Positions 39,183 through 47,900 of a stretch of 64,000 nt of DNA are shown one piece after another. Every line of letters begins with the position of its first letter. Positions within the stretch are counted from its first letter, which is position 1. A program made the translations under genes and the position numbers. Source of the DNA: a virus (taxonomy: Duplodnaviria > Heunggongvirae > Uroviricota > Caudoviricetes); the IMG/VR virus record IMGVR_UViG_3300048591_000212. One strand, written 5' to 3'. The notes under the pieces were generated by a model. It worked only from the letters and a program-made list of their open reading frames with translations. It had not been told where the DNA came from and searched no databases.

Positions 39183-39363
39183 TATCTCCTCTATAGACTT
39201 TCAATACTATACCTGACGTGGGAATTACATACTTGGCGGATAATTCTCGAATATAGCCTTCAGAAACTTTTCGCCCATCGGCCCTTTTATGGACGTTCCG
39301 AATACATTGCTCTGGATCGTTTTCGAAAAAGAACCAAATTGGATTAATGTTTTCTTTTTTCAT
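39169..39363 (-). CDS. hypothetical protein (~64 aa; start trimmed to MKKENIN)
   Basis: Track N-terminus overlaps tRNA gene. Confidence 0.35.
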   Translation of the reverse strand: MKKENINPIWFFFENDPEQCIRNVHKRADGRKVSEGYIRELSAKYVIPTSGIVLKVYRGDNDES

Positions 39364-39394
39364 CCTCTTATCTGGAGGCACTGCCGAGGCATAA

Positions 39395-39484
39395 TGGTCC
39401 TGCGGTGCGGAATCGAACCGCATCCTGGGTCTTATCTGGACTAAGGGCTTATAAGGCCCCCTGCTCTCCATGAGCTACCGCAGG
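39395..39484 (-). tRNA. tRNA with anticodon UAU (Ile-like) and ~21-nt extra arm (90 nt incl. CCA)
   Basis: Acceptor CCTGCGG/CCGCAGG, anticodon stem GGGGC/GCCCU loop CUUAUAA, T-arm TGCGGTTCGATTCCGCA, ACCA end; long variable region is unusual for an Ile tRNA. Confidence 0.6.
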
Positions 39485-39647
39485 CAATCTTTTATATATT
39501 CTTCAGTGATCTGAGAAAGGGAGCAGACTTATTTATTCCCACCCGAAGAAGAGATTATGAAACTTGAACGGCGAATAAAGGAGGCAATTCAGCAAATTGT
39601 TCAAGAAAATCAAAACCTCTTCTTCAGGAATTTCCGCCCTCTTGATA

Positions 39648-39878
39648 TTAGTCAGCAACCCAGATAGCAGACATTCGCCCATTCCCCAGAACCGACTTTT
39701 CGGCATCATTCCAACCGCGCCTCCATGCGTTAAACGCATCCTTATCAACAAACAGCAGGGTGCCATCAACAGAATAAGGATTGTCAACATCGGGGTCATG
39801 TCCGAGAGTGTGAGCCTTCCGCCCAAGCAGGTATGCAACCCGCATATCGTATTTATGTGCGTTGTCGTTTTTCATCAT
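39648..39878 (-). CDS. hypothetical protein (76 aa)
   Basis: ORF track; downstream of promoter 39907..39935 with ~25-nt leader. Confidence 0.4.
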   Translation of the reverse strand: MMKNDNAHKYDMRVAYLLGRKAHTLGHDPDVDNPYSVDGTLLFVDKDAFNAWRRGWNDAEKSVLGNGRMSAIWVAD

Positions 39879-39906
39879 CGTCTCAGTCCCTTTCTTCTAC
39901 TCTTTC

Positions 39907-39935
39907 AGTATAGCAGTTCCGCTAACGCTTGTCAA
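39907..39935 (-). promoter_or_regulatory. early promoter TTGACA-N17-TATACT
   Basis: Minus strand: TTGACAagcgttagcggaactgcTATACT. Confidence 0.5.
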
Positions 39936-39938
39936 GAC

Positions 39939-40184
39939 TTACCAAGAAGAATTCCACGAATCCAGAACAAAATTGTTGCTGTCAACAGTCCACTCAAAGG
40001 TGGCATGAGCATCAGGGTCGATCTTTCCTGCATCATTCATCGCATCAAGCCAAGACTTCACTTCATCAATCACGGCACCAATGAGCAGGTTGGACACATT
40101 CTTATGAGTGTAAGACAGATGGTTGATCCGGTTTCCTTCGGAGTCGGATACTACCACAATCAGATTGGCAGTTTTCGTTTCCAT
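39939..40184 (-). CDS. hypothetical protein (82 aa from METKTANL), predicted leaderless
   Basis: Track ORF 39939..40232 trimmed; ATG 6 nt after -10 of promoter 40191..40219. Confidence 0.45.
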   Translation of the reverse strand: METKTANLIVVVSDSEGNRINHLSYTHKNVSNLLIGAVIDEVKSWLDAMNDAGKIDPDAHATFEWTVDSNNFVLDSWNSSW

Positions 40185-40190
40185 GATTAT

Positions 40191-40219
40191 AGTATAGCAG
40201 GACCAAACCCACTTGTCAA
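40191..40219 (-). promoter_or_regulatory. early promoter TTGACA-N17-TATACT, ATG at +7 (leaderless)
   Basis: Minus strand: TTGACAagtgggtttggtcctgcTATACTataatcATGGAA. Confidence 0.55.
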
Positions 40220-40548
40220 GTGATAGGACCAAGATATTTCAGACCGAAGGCCGAAGACCGCTTCACATGGGTCCAGCGCCCCGACACGACACCATGAAAA
40301 AGCGTGGTGGTTTGAATCATCTCAAGAAGCTCGGTCGGAAACATTTCAAACGGAACTCCGGTGGAGGACCGGAGCACGAAAAGTTTTCCACAACGCCCCT
40401 CCAGCTTCATCGTTTCCTCAAATACACGAGGCTCAGAATGTTCCCACAAATCGGGATAGCCGATGGAGTCCCACACGTCATAGTGGGTTCGCGGAACATA
40501 GCCGTCGGACTTTCTGTATGGAACAGTAAATTTTGGTTTCTTTGGCAT
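40216..40548 (-). CDS. hypothetical protein (~110 aa; ATG start after GAGGA)
   Basis: Track ORF 40216..40563 begins at TTG; GAGGA SD precedes the second ATG. Confidence 0.45.
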   Translation of the reverse strand: MPKKPKFTVPYRKSDGYVPRTHYDVWDSIGYPDLWEHSEPRVFEETMKLEGRCGKLFVLRSSTGVPFEMFPTELLEMIQTTTLFHGVVSGRWTHVKRSSAFGLKYLGPIT

Positions 40549-40737
40549 AATCATTATCCTCAATTAAAAATCCGATCCACCAAGCCTATCCTCCAGACGA
40601 GAGATTCGACGTTCCAGTTCCTCCCGCCTTCGCCTCTCTTTCAGAAGCAACTCAACGACCATTTCAAATCGCTCATCGACACTCAAGGCTCCACCTTCGT
40701 CATTGATTTCCATTTGGAACTTCCTTTCATAAAACGC

Positions 40738-40827
40738 AGCGGGGGGCGAAGGAATCGAACCCTACTGGCTCGTCACCAGTCCCCGGATTTCAAGTCCGGT
40801 TGCCGACCATTCAGCGGCACCCCCCAA
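40738..40827 (-). tRNA. tRNA-Ser (anticodon UGA), type II
   Basis: G-rich acceptor GGGGGGU/GCCCCCC, D-stem GCCG/CGGC, anticodon stem CCGGA/UCCGG loop CUUGAAA, long variable arm ACUGG-UGACGAG-CCAGU, T-loop TTCGATT; 5' end coincides with predicted TSS of promoter 40835..40863. Confidence 0.7.
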
Positions 40828-40834
40828 CATCTAC

Positions 40835-40863
40835 AGTATAGCACACGATCTTTGTGCCGTCAA
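40835..40863 (-). promoter_or_regulatory. early promoter TTGACG-N17-TATACT directly upstream of tRNA-Ser
   Basis: Minus strand: TTGACGgcacaaagatcgtgtgcTATACTgtagatGTTGGGGGG. Confidence 0.5.
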
Positions 40864-41141
40864 CTATCGAGATCAGCTTTCTTCAGAAGACTCGCGAGTT
40901 TCGCATAATCTTTCGGTTGCAGAATAAACGATTCAAAGTCTCCGTACTTTGACTTGTAACCAAAAATATATTTGATTCCGGCAACCAATCTTCGAAAGAA
41001 ACTTCGATACTGACACAGATAAATCGAAAAATAAAAATCCGACAGACCGTTTTCTGGATCAGTATAGACGGTTACCTTAAGTGTATGCTCGTCCGAGGAG
41101 CAGACACACTCAAAAAACTCCATATCTCGTTCTGTTGTCAT
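40860..41141 (-). CDS. hypothetical protein (93 aa)
   Basis: ORF track. Confidence 0.4.
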   Translation of the reverse strand: MTTERDMEFFECVCSSDEHTLKVTVYTDPENGLSDFYFSIYLCQYRSFFRRLVAGIKYIFGYKSKYGDFESFILQPKDYAKLASLLKKADLDS

Positions 41142-41941
41142 AGAATCTCCGAATAGTATTGTTTCAGCTTCGAATGACCACTATGAGAATGAACAATATC
41201 AGAATAATCATGAATAGTAAAAATTCCCGCATCAACAATCTGCTTGGACGGCTGATGACCCAAGGCGGCGGATGACCAATGTTCTTTAGGAAATAGCCGG
41301 AAGAAATACTTCAAAACCGGATCATTTTTAGAGAACACCACATGAATATCTTCTTTGAAATAATCCTTAATGAATCCGGCTGACACATCAGAGATCGTTT
41401 TCTCATAAAAAGAATTGGTAATTGCTGGTGCCGCAAACACCACTTTACCGACAAATTCGGCTACTTCTCTTCGAATAAAATGTTCGATTACTTCACATCC
41501 CAGAGAATGCCCCTGAATGATAATATTTTCTTCTAGGTATCCAATATTCTTTAGTGCCTGAACTGCCCGCATCAGCCACTTAGCCGCTTCCTGAGTTCTC
41601 TTCTTTGCGAAGTAGAAACCGAGAGTTCTGGACCAAGAGGAAGGCCAGAAGAAATTCAACACGTCCACTTTCTCATAACGAGAGTGATTATCAATGTTCT
41701 CGGCCATTCTATCATAAACAGTCACAATCTTATCATAGACGCCGCGATATCCATGAACCAGAATGATGACCTTTCTATTTTTGTCCGCCAAGAATGAACT
41801 TGAACTGCCTACCATATAATTACCAATACCAACAATTCTTTTTTCGAGATAATTCTTTCCATACTCAAACTTAACGAATTCCGTATCGGAACGTCCATTC
41901 TTTCTGCAATTAAACTCGTAGATATGATTAATTCTCGTCAT
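41138..41941 (-). CDS. alpha/beta-hydrolase (lipase or esterase-like, GHSLG nucleophile elbow)
   Basis: VIILVHGYRG ... IIQGHSLGCEV pattern. Confidence 0.6.
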   Translation of the reverse strand: MTRINHIYEFNCRKNGRSDTEFVKFEYGKNYLEKRIVGIGNYMVGSSSSFLADKNRKVIILVHGYRGVYDKIVTVYDRMAENIDNHSRYEKVDVLNFFWPSSWSRTLGFYFAKKRTQEAAKWLMRAVQALKNIGYLEENIIIQGHSLGCEVIEHFIRREVAEFVGKVVFAAPAITNSFYEKTISDVSAGFIKDYFKEDIHVVFSKNDPVLKYFFRLFPKEHWSSAALGHQPSKQIVDAGIFTIHDYSDIVHSHSGHSKLKQYYSEIL

Positions 41942-42510
41942 TTATTTCGAAACTCCTCTATGGCATCATAGACCAGCATACAGGTCTTGGCGTCCGACAA
42001 GGCATCATGAATATCACATTCGATGCCCATCAATTTTGCAATATTCTCCAAAGTAAAGTTTTCGAATTTATGACGATTTTCCATTACCACTTCTTGAAGC
42101 AAAACAGCAACATCAACCGGAGGCCACCAGAAGTAGGAGGAGTAATACATCTCATTATTATTTTCGAAAAACTTCCTCACAAACATATTATCGAAGAAAG
42201 CATTGTATCCGACCAGAAAGAGTTTGTCGGTCTTGTCGTACCGATTCACATAGGCATCCAAGAAGGACACAAACTCTCGATAGGTGTCCACCGGATCTGG
42301 ATATTCCATAATCTCTTCGACAGTCTTCTTATTTATTTCAAGGGCTTCCTTAGAGATTTTCTGATACGGAAATGGTCTACAACGAAGATTGATCTCATTA
42401 ATGACTTCATCGCCAATTCGAATGACGGCACCAATCTGAATAATGCCGTGACGATTATAGTCCAGCCCGGTTGTCTCAGTATCCAAAAAGAGTCTTTTTA
42501 TCTTCTTCAT
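41938..42510 (-). CDS. DEDDh 3'-5' exonuclease (DnaQ or RNase T-like)
   Basis: Exo I FLDTETTGL, Exo II LVGYNAFFD, Exo III HDALSDAKTC. Confidence 0.75.
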   Translation of the reverse strand: MKKIKRLFLDTETTGLDYNRHGIIQIGAVIRIGDEVINEINLRCRPFPYQKISKEALEINKKTVEEIMEYPDPVDTYREFVSFLDAYVNRYDKTDKLFLVGYNAFFDNMFVRKFFENNNEMYYSSYFWWPPVDVAVLLQEVVMENRHKFENFTLENIAKLMGIECDIHDALSDAKTCMLVYDAIEEFRNK

Positions 42511-43039
42511 TAATTACAAACTTTCCTGATTTATTTGTGGTCAATTGAAATACCACCGATGACCGTGGGCGAAAGAGAGCCATGTATCGATATTCATCAT
42601 TTTCTGAATTTGGTACGCCATCAACAGTTGTCCGATTTTTTGAATTCTTCAGATTTAGACCGTCGTATGTATTTTCCGCAATCATGATGTGCTTTTCATC
42701 GCCACCCAAAAATCCAGAGAAGCGAATGATATCTACTGGTTTCCACACATCATCTTCAATATTAACTACAACATGATATCCCTTTGACTTAGACCGCCAC
42801 AGACGAACGCTCATAATCGGCGCAATGATCTTGTTGAACATATTCAAAAGAGACAGTAGTCTCTCGATATCTCTTGAATCATAGTCAACCAAAATAGTGT
42901 CATTATTCTTCGAGTTTGTAACTATCTCGAATTGAGATTCGTCCACTTCTGCCAATTTTTCGTGAAAGTTAGAATTGTAATAATCGTCTGATGCTTTTTC
43001 TAATTTCATATCATCAATGAATTCATTCATACAATTCAT
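42476..43039 (-). CDS. hypothetical protein (187 aa)
   Basis: ORF track. Confidence 0.45.
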   Translation of the reverse strand: MNCMNEFIDDMKLEKASDDYYNSNFHEKLAEVDESQFEIVTNSKNNDTILVDYDSRDIERLLSLLNMFNKIIAPIMSVRLWRSKSKGYHVVVNIEDDVWKPVDIIRFSGFLGGDEKHIMIAENTYDGLNLKNSKNRTTVDGVPNSENDEYRYMALFRPRSSVVFQLTTNKSGKFVINEEDKKTLFGY

Positions 43040-43044
43040 ACAAT

Positions 43045-43689
43045 TTACTCCACGATGGCCTTGTATTCTTCAAAGTCTTCGGGAGTCATTCTCATTTCGG
43101 CCCCACATGGACACTTAGGAAATCCGGCAGTCAGACTCTTGACCGTCGCCTTGACTTCATAATCGCCTTCGAATGTTCCAGAAAGAACACAATTCGGAGA
43201 CTCGACTCGCTTTTCTGGGCAGTGAAGTTTGAAGGTATTCTTCTTATTCTTACGCTCCTTTTCCTTCAGAATGATACGAGAATTAGGAAACTCCCCAAGC
43301 TCCCCAACCACTTTTTCAATAAATCGATTGAGTTCATCACCGGGCGCAGCATGAATCGCCTTACCTTCGAGACCAATTTTCTTCATGCCGTCCTTAAACA
43401 GCTTACCATGTTTCGCTCCATCCGGCAACACAGCATGAAGAAGCTCATGAGCAAGAGTTCCAAGAACCTCAACCGCATTTGAATGATGTGCAGGAGAGAT
43501 GAAGATCTGTTTCACTCCATTTTCGGTTGCGGTGGAGTGCCAACACTCCCCCATCGTCCGCTTCGGATTTTTGGCTCCGAATCCACAGGCAACTTGAATT
43601 GCCGGAATAGTAAACTGTTTACTCTCAAAAACCGGACGCAGCTTATCGACCGCCGCATACAAATACTCTTCTCGCGTTTCGAATGGCAT
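43045..43689 (-). CDS. SprT-like HExxH zinc metallopeptidase with C-terminal zinc ribbon
   Basis: LAHELLHAV plus CPEKR...CPCGAEM. Confidence 0.5.
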   Translation of the reverse strand: MPFETREEYLYAAVDKLRPVFESKQFTIPAIQVACGFGAKNPKRTMGECWHSTATENGVKQIFISPAHHSNAVEVLGTLAHELLHAVLPDGAKHGKLFKDGMKKIGLEGKAIHAAPGDELNRFIEKVVGELGEFPNSRIILKEKERKNKKNTFKLHCPEKRVESPNCVLSGTFEGDYEVKATVKSLTAGFPKCPCGAEMRMTPEDFEEYKAIVE

Positions 43690-43692
43690 ACA

Positions 43693-43896
43693 TTATTTCC
43701 TTTCCATAACCAATTCTATCGGCTTTCCATCTTCATTACTAGTTGGCACAAAAATGTTTCCGCATTCATCAGTCAGATACTTCGTTCCGTTTCGATCCAT
43801 CTTCTCCTCGGCGGCGACAATTCTCCACCGTCCAGAAAGAGTAGTGGACAACTCAATCTTCCTTTTCATCATAGCACATCTCCAGATGTTTGTCAA
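43693..43896 (-). CDS. hypothetical protein (67 aa)
   Basis: ORF track; TTGACA-N17-TATGAT promoter at ~43868..43896 overlaps its 5' end. Confidence 0.35.
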   Translation of the reverse strand: MTNIWRCAMMKRKIELSTTLSGRWRIVAAEEKMDRNGTKYLTDECGNIFVPTSNEDGKPIELVMERK

Positions 43897-44916
43897 CTAG
43901 TAAACGATATTGAAGACGCGAAAGAAATCGCGATCCATTTCACAATAATCTTCCTCATTGTGGTGCATATAAACAATGGAATCAGTTGTGTAGATTCTAA
44001 GAAATTTTTCTTCCAATTCTCCAAGGCCCTTGGAAAAGATTCCGTGAGTTACGAACAGGGAGGCCCTCAAAGTTCGGGCGAAAGCTCCCGGCATTACAAT
44101 ATTCGCCTCCTCCAATTTTTCATTAATTCCGATAAACGTCCCACCACCGTCACAGATGTCATCCACAATTAAAATTGAGCCGTTTTCATCGAATTCGGTT
44201 TTATCGGGAATCTCAAACCCAAGAAATTTCCCGGTTGCCGCGTCCCGATTCTTCTTAGCAAATAGCTTGCTGATCTTAATTGTTCCAGTATTTCCAAAAA
44301 TCTCATTTGGAATCGAATATCGTCTTGATGCTCCCTCATCGGGAAACAGGATATTAATAGATCTGGTTCCGGCAGAACTTTTGGCTTTATAGTACTCATG
44401 AATTTTAACCTCTTCAAGAATCGCCGCCATGATGTACGGTTCGGCGGAAAGCTCCTGAACCTCGATCAATCCAGCGCCAGAACGATTCGCCTCTTCCGCG
44501 ATCCAATTCCTTGTCTTGGGGTTATGATTATCCAAAGTGATAATCTTGCTCACACCAAAGGTCTTACAAATTCCAACCAACTGATAAATGAAAACATGAA
44601 GACCATGGCAATCTCCCTCAACGAACACTCGGTCGGCCCGACTAAACGGAAGATAAGGAATAAACAGTTCAATCTGCCTTTTTCCATTAAATGCCCTATT
44701 ATAATTGATAATATTCAAAACCTGACCCAAAATGATCAGATCATCACCGGAAGTATATTCCATACGAATAACGACTCGTTCGGCGGCTTTCAGGCTAGGA
44801 AGATACTTTACATCAGAAATACGGGTCTGAATTTCTCCAGCCGGATACCGAAAGCTCTTAAAATACCCCGGCTTCTCGGAACCAACCTTGGGAAGATTAA
44901 TAGTCATTGTATTCAT
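43897..44916 (-). CDS. ribose-phosphate pyrophosphokinase (PRPP synthetase)-like protein; candidate Prs or ADP-ribose pyrophosphokinase (Adps)
   Basis: PRPP-binding loop ILIVDDICDGGGT and N-terminal Pribosyltran_N-like region; track start 44991 overlaps the NAMPT gene, so trimmed to MNTMTINL directly after its stop. Confidence 0.7.
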   Translation of the reverse strand: MNTMTINLPKVGSEKPGYFKSFRYPAGEIQTRISDVKYLPSLKAAERVVIRMEYTSGDDLIILGQVLNIINYNRAFNGKRQIELFIPYLPFSRADRVFVEGDCHGLHVFIYQLVGICKTFGVSKIITLDNHNPKTRNWIAEEANRSGAGLIEVQELSAEPYIMAAILEEVKIHEYYKAKSSAGTRSINILFPDEGASRRYSIPNEIFGNTGTIKISKLFAKKNRDAATGKFLGFEIPDKTEFDENGSILIVDDICDGGGTFIGINEKLEEANIVMPGAFARTLRASLFVTHGIFSKGLGELEEKFLRIYTTDSIVYMHHNEEDYCEMDRDFFRVFNIVY

Positions 44917-44917
44917 T

Positions 44918-47900
44918 TTAACGATTCTCCAGATTCTCTTTGATTTGATCAAAAGTAATATAGTTTGTCTCAGAACCAATAAGCTCATCAAAAACTAGAT
45001 CATAAGCACAGTTTTCCAACTCAGAAACAGTAGCATTCTGCTTCACAAAAAGTTCACCATTTTCGTTCCGATATACTGCCGGAATTCCTCGAATCGACTT
45101 TTTGGAATTTTTCTTATCATCAGTAATCGGATCTTTGAAGATTGGCTGAATGGTGTCACCGTTCACTTCGATTGCGGTCGCCTTCATTGCGAAACCAAAG
45201 GTGTCCCGCGTCACATATTCATAAGTAAAGGAACCAATTCCGAAGACCATATTATAGGGACTCAACTTCAATTCATTTACCATTCGATCCAGAATGGCAT
45301 CCGCCCGCTCATAAGTGATGGCATCACCATAAATGACTCCAGCATTATTGATCATCGGAAGCCCGCCATCGACGCCCGGAGTAGTACCAAGAGCCTCAGC
45401 CAGAAGCCGAAGAACTCCCTTACGTTCATTCTCATTGGATGAATTCGGATCACCACAGACAATATTAACTGGATCGCCAGAATTACCAGAAACAACAACA
45501 CAGCCGTTTCGTCTGACCACGATCATGCCAGTATTAACCTGAACGCAATACACCTTTCCGGTATACGAAACAGCGGCTTTCTTAATACTTTGCCCACCAG
45601 AAGTAGACGTTTTGTTTATGTGAATCGTGTATACCTTAGAGAAGTAGGATTTTCTCGTATCGTCATATTCAGAAGAACACGTCCTATAGCCAGCCAAGGT
45701 AGCCAATAATTGAACGGCCTCGGCATTAATCTTAACGGTTGTATCGTATTTTATTCTATTTTCGCTCCTGATACAACTATCCCAATTGGACAATTCATCA
45801 ATAAATTCTTTGGCCCAGACGCCTGAAATGTCATTCAGCATATCAAAAACCCAAGCAAAAGTTTTTTGTGCATCATTTGGAAGAGTAACATAGAATTGGG
45901 TGTTTCTTGGACGAGCGGGTTCAACAGTTTCCTTATACTCGAAACCAGATTCAATCAATAATTTTCTCATGCGATCCACTTTTCGCTGTTTAGTGAAATT
46001 AAATCTCACCTTATTTTTCGGACCAGTCGTGTTGAACGAACCATCCGCCTGAAAAGCAATCAACAATCTTTCTTCCGAAGTAAGAGATTTCGGCTTGCCA
46101 ACCAAAACGCCAGAATGGATCATATCCTTCTCATAGAAGTATTTTATATTTTCTGCCTCTTTTACTTCTACTCCTCCGCGCCCATTTGTTCTGACCATAC
46201 GATGATTTGAAGTAACCAACAAATCGACGTGACTGTCGTTTCTGAAATGAATCATATCTTGTTCGGATTCCAGCTCCGATTCATAATAACGGATAGGCTT
46301 GGTGAAATTGATGGTCCCGTCTTGGTTATACTCTGCTACCAGATCCTCTTCATTTAAGTCCTTAAATAAAACAAAACCGCGATTAGTAAGGATTTCTGTT
46401 TTGTCATCATAACAATCCGGCCTGATCACGATCTTACCATTTCGATTCAAAATTGAATCCTTCAGTCGTGGAATATAATTTGTCAAAACTTTCCACAAAT
46501 CAAACGAATCAGAAACAATTGACACGATGCCTTCGGGGTAAACCTTATTGATCAGTCGGTCAAACATCTCAAATTCATCAACTTCTCCATTCGGAAGATA
46601 CTTGGCAGAACTTGTCATCACGCTATGTTCCGTGTTTCCTGAAATAGCAATGATGCCATTTCTCCGAACAACAATCATCTTCGAAGGAACAGAAACACAA
46701 TATACATAATCGTCATAATCAAACACTTCATTTATTATTCCATGACAGGTAACAACACTTTTATTCAAAGTAATTGTGATGCGGTGCATTGGATTTCTTT
46801 TATAATCTTCCCTCTTGTCAATGTACATGCTGACCTTAGTTTTACAATTACATAAAGTAGCCAAGCATTCAACAACTTCAACATTTAGTTGATTTGTTGA
46901 GGAGTAGATAATATGATTTTTTCTTCTGCTGCCGTCCCAATATTGCAACTCTTCAATAAAAGCTCGGCACCAAGATGACGACACTTCAACGATGTTAACC
47001 CAAGAGAAATCCTTCAGCAATTTTTCGGGTAAATTGATCCAAAAAGAATAATAACCATCTTTATATTTTGTCCAAGTGAAAACACAATCATCAATTTCCG
47101 ATAAAATCGACAACAATCTTTTGAACTTTCTTTCTTTCTTGAAAGAAAAACGAATCGGAAATTTTCCGCTCCTCTCCCCGGTATAATCTTCCGCATGTGA
47201 AGGATATGACCCATCTGCTTGAAAAGCAATCTTCAGCTTCTCCAATGGAGATAATGTTTCTTTCCCACCAATTTTATTTCCAGAAACAACAACTTTATTT
47301 TTTGTGTTATACACAGATTGAGAAGATGCTTCTTTCAGTTCAATTTTCCGGTCTTTATTTAAGAACACCAACTTATGATTTGGAGTAACACAAATATCTA
47401 TATAACGATGACCCTCTTTATAAAACCGATACATTTTTCCTTTATATCGATCCTTATAATATTTCGTCGGAGAAACAAACTCTATATTACCATCGATAGT
47501 ATATTGTGCAACCAGATCAGTTTCCAGTAAATCATCAAATTTCTTAAATCCTGAATTTGTCAACAATTCCGTTTCTTTATCAAAGCAAGCCGGAACCGAC
47601 CCACCACAAGAATATTCCGCACCATAGTATTCAACGGCACCCAAAATCGCCGGAATGGTGTCGGTTCCATTAAAAGAAAGAAGATGACCCATTCCAGACA
47701 TTACGGCATCTTCCAGACCCGACATGCCACGATACGAAAAATCATGTCCCTGCCATTTCGTGAAAGTTAGATCCTTTTCGCCAGAGAGAATCGCCCACTT
47801 CTCAAACAGTCTCTTGTACCGATCTGCGATGGTGGCAGAAGTCATTCCCTTCCAGAGCATATTAGAAATCATCGTTTCCAGATAGTTTGGAAGCCAGAAA

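Noticed and set aside
39597-40223. 208-aa plus-strand ORF and the 39533..39838 minus ORF
   Set aside because: Both overlap better-supported minus-strand genes (39648..39878, 39939..40184) in other frames and span a promoter; low-complexity translation. They look like antisense or frame-shadow artefacts.
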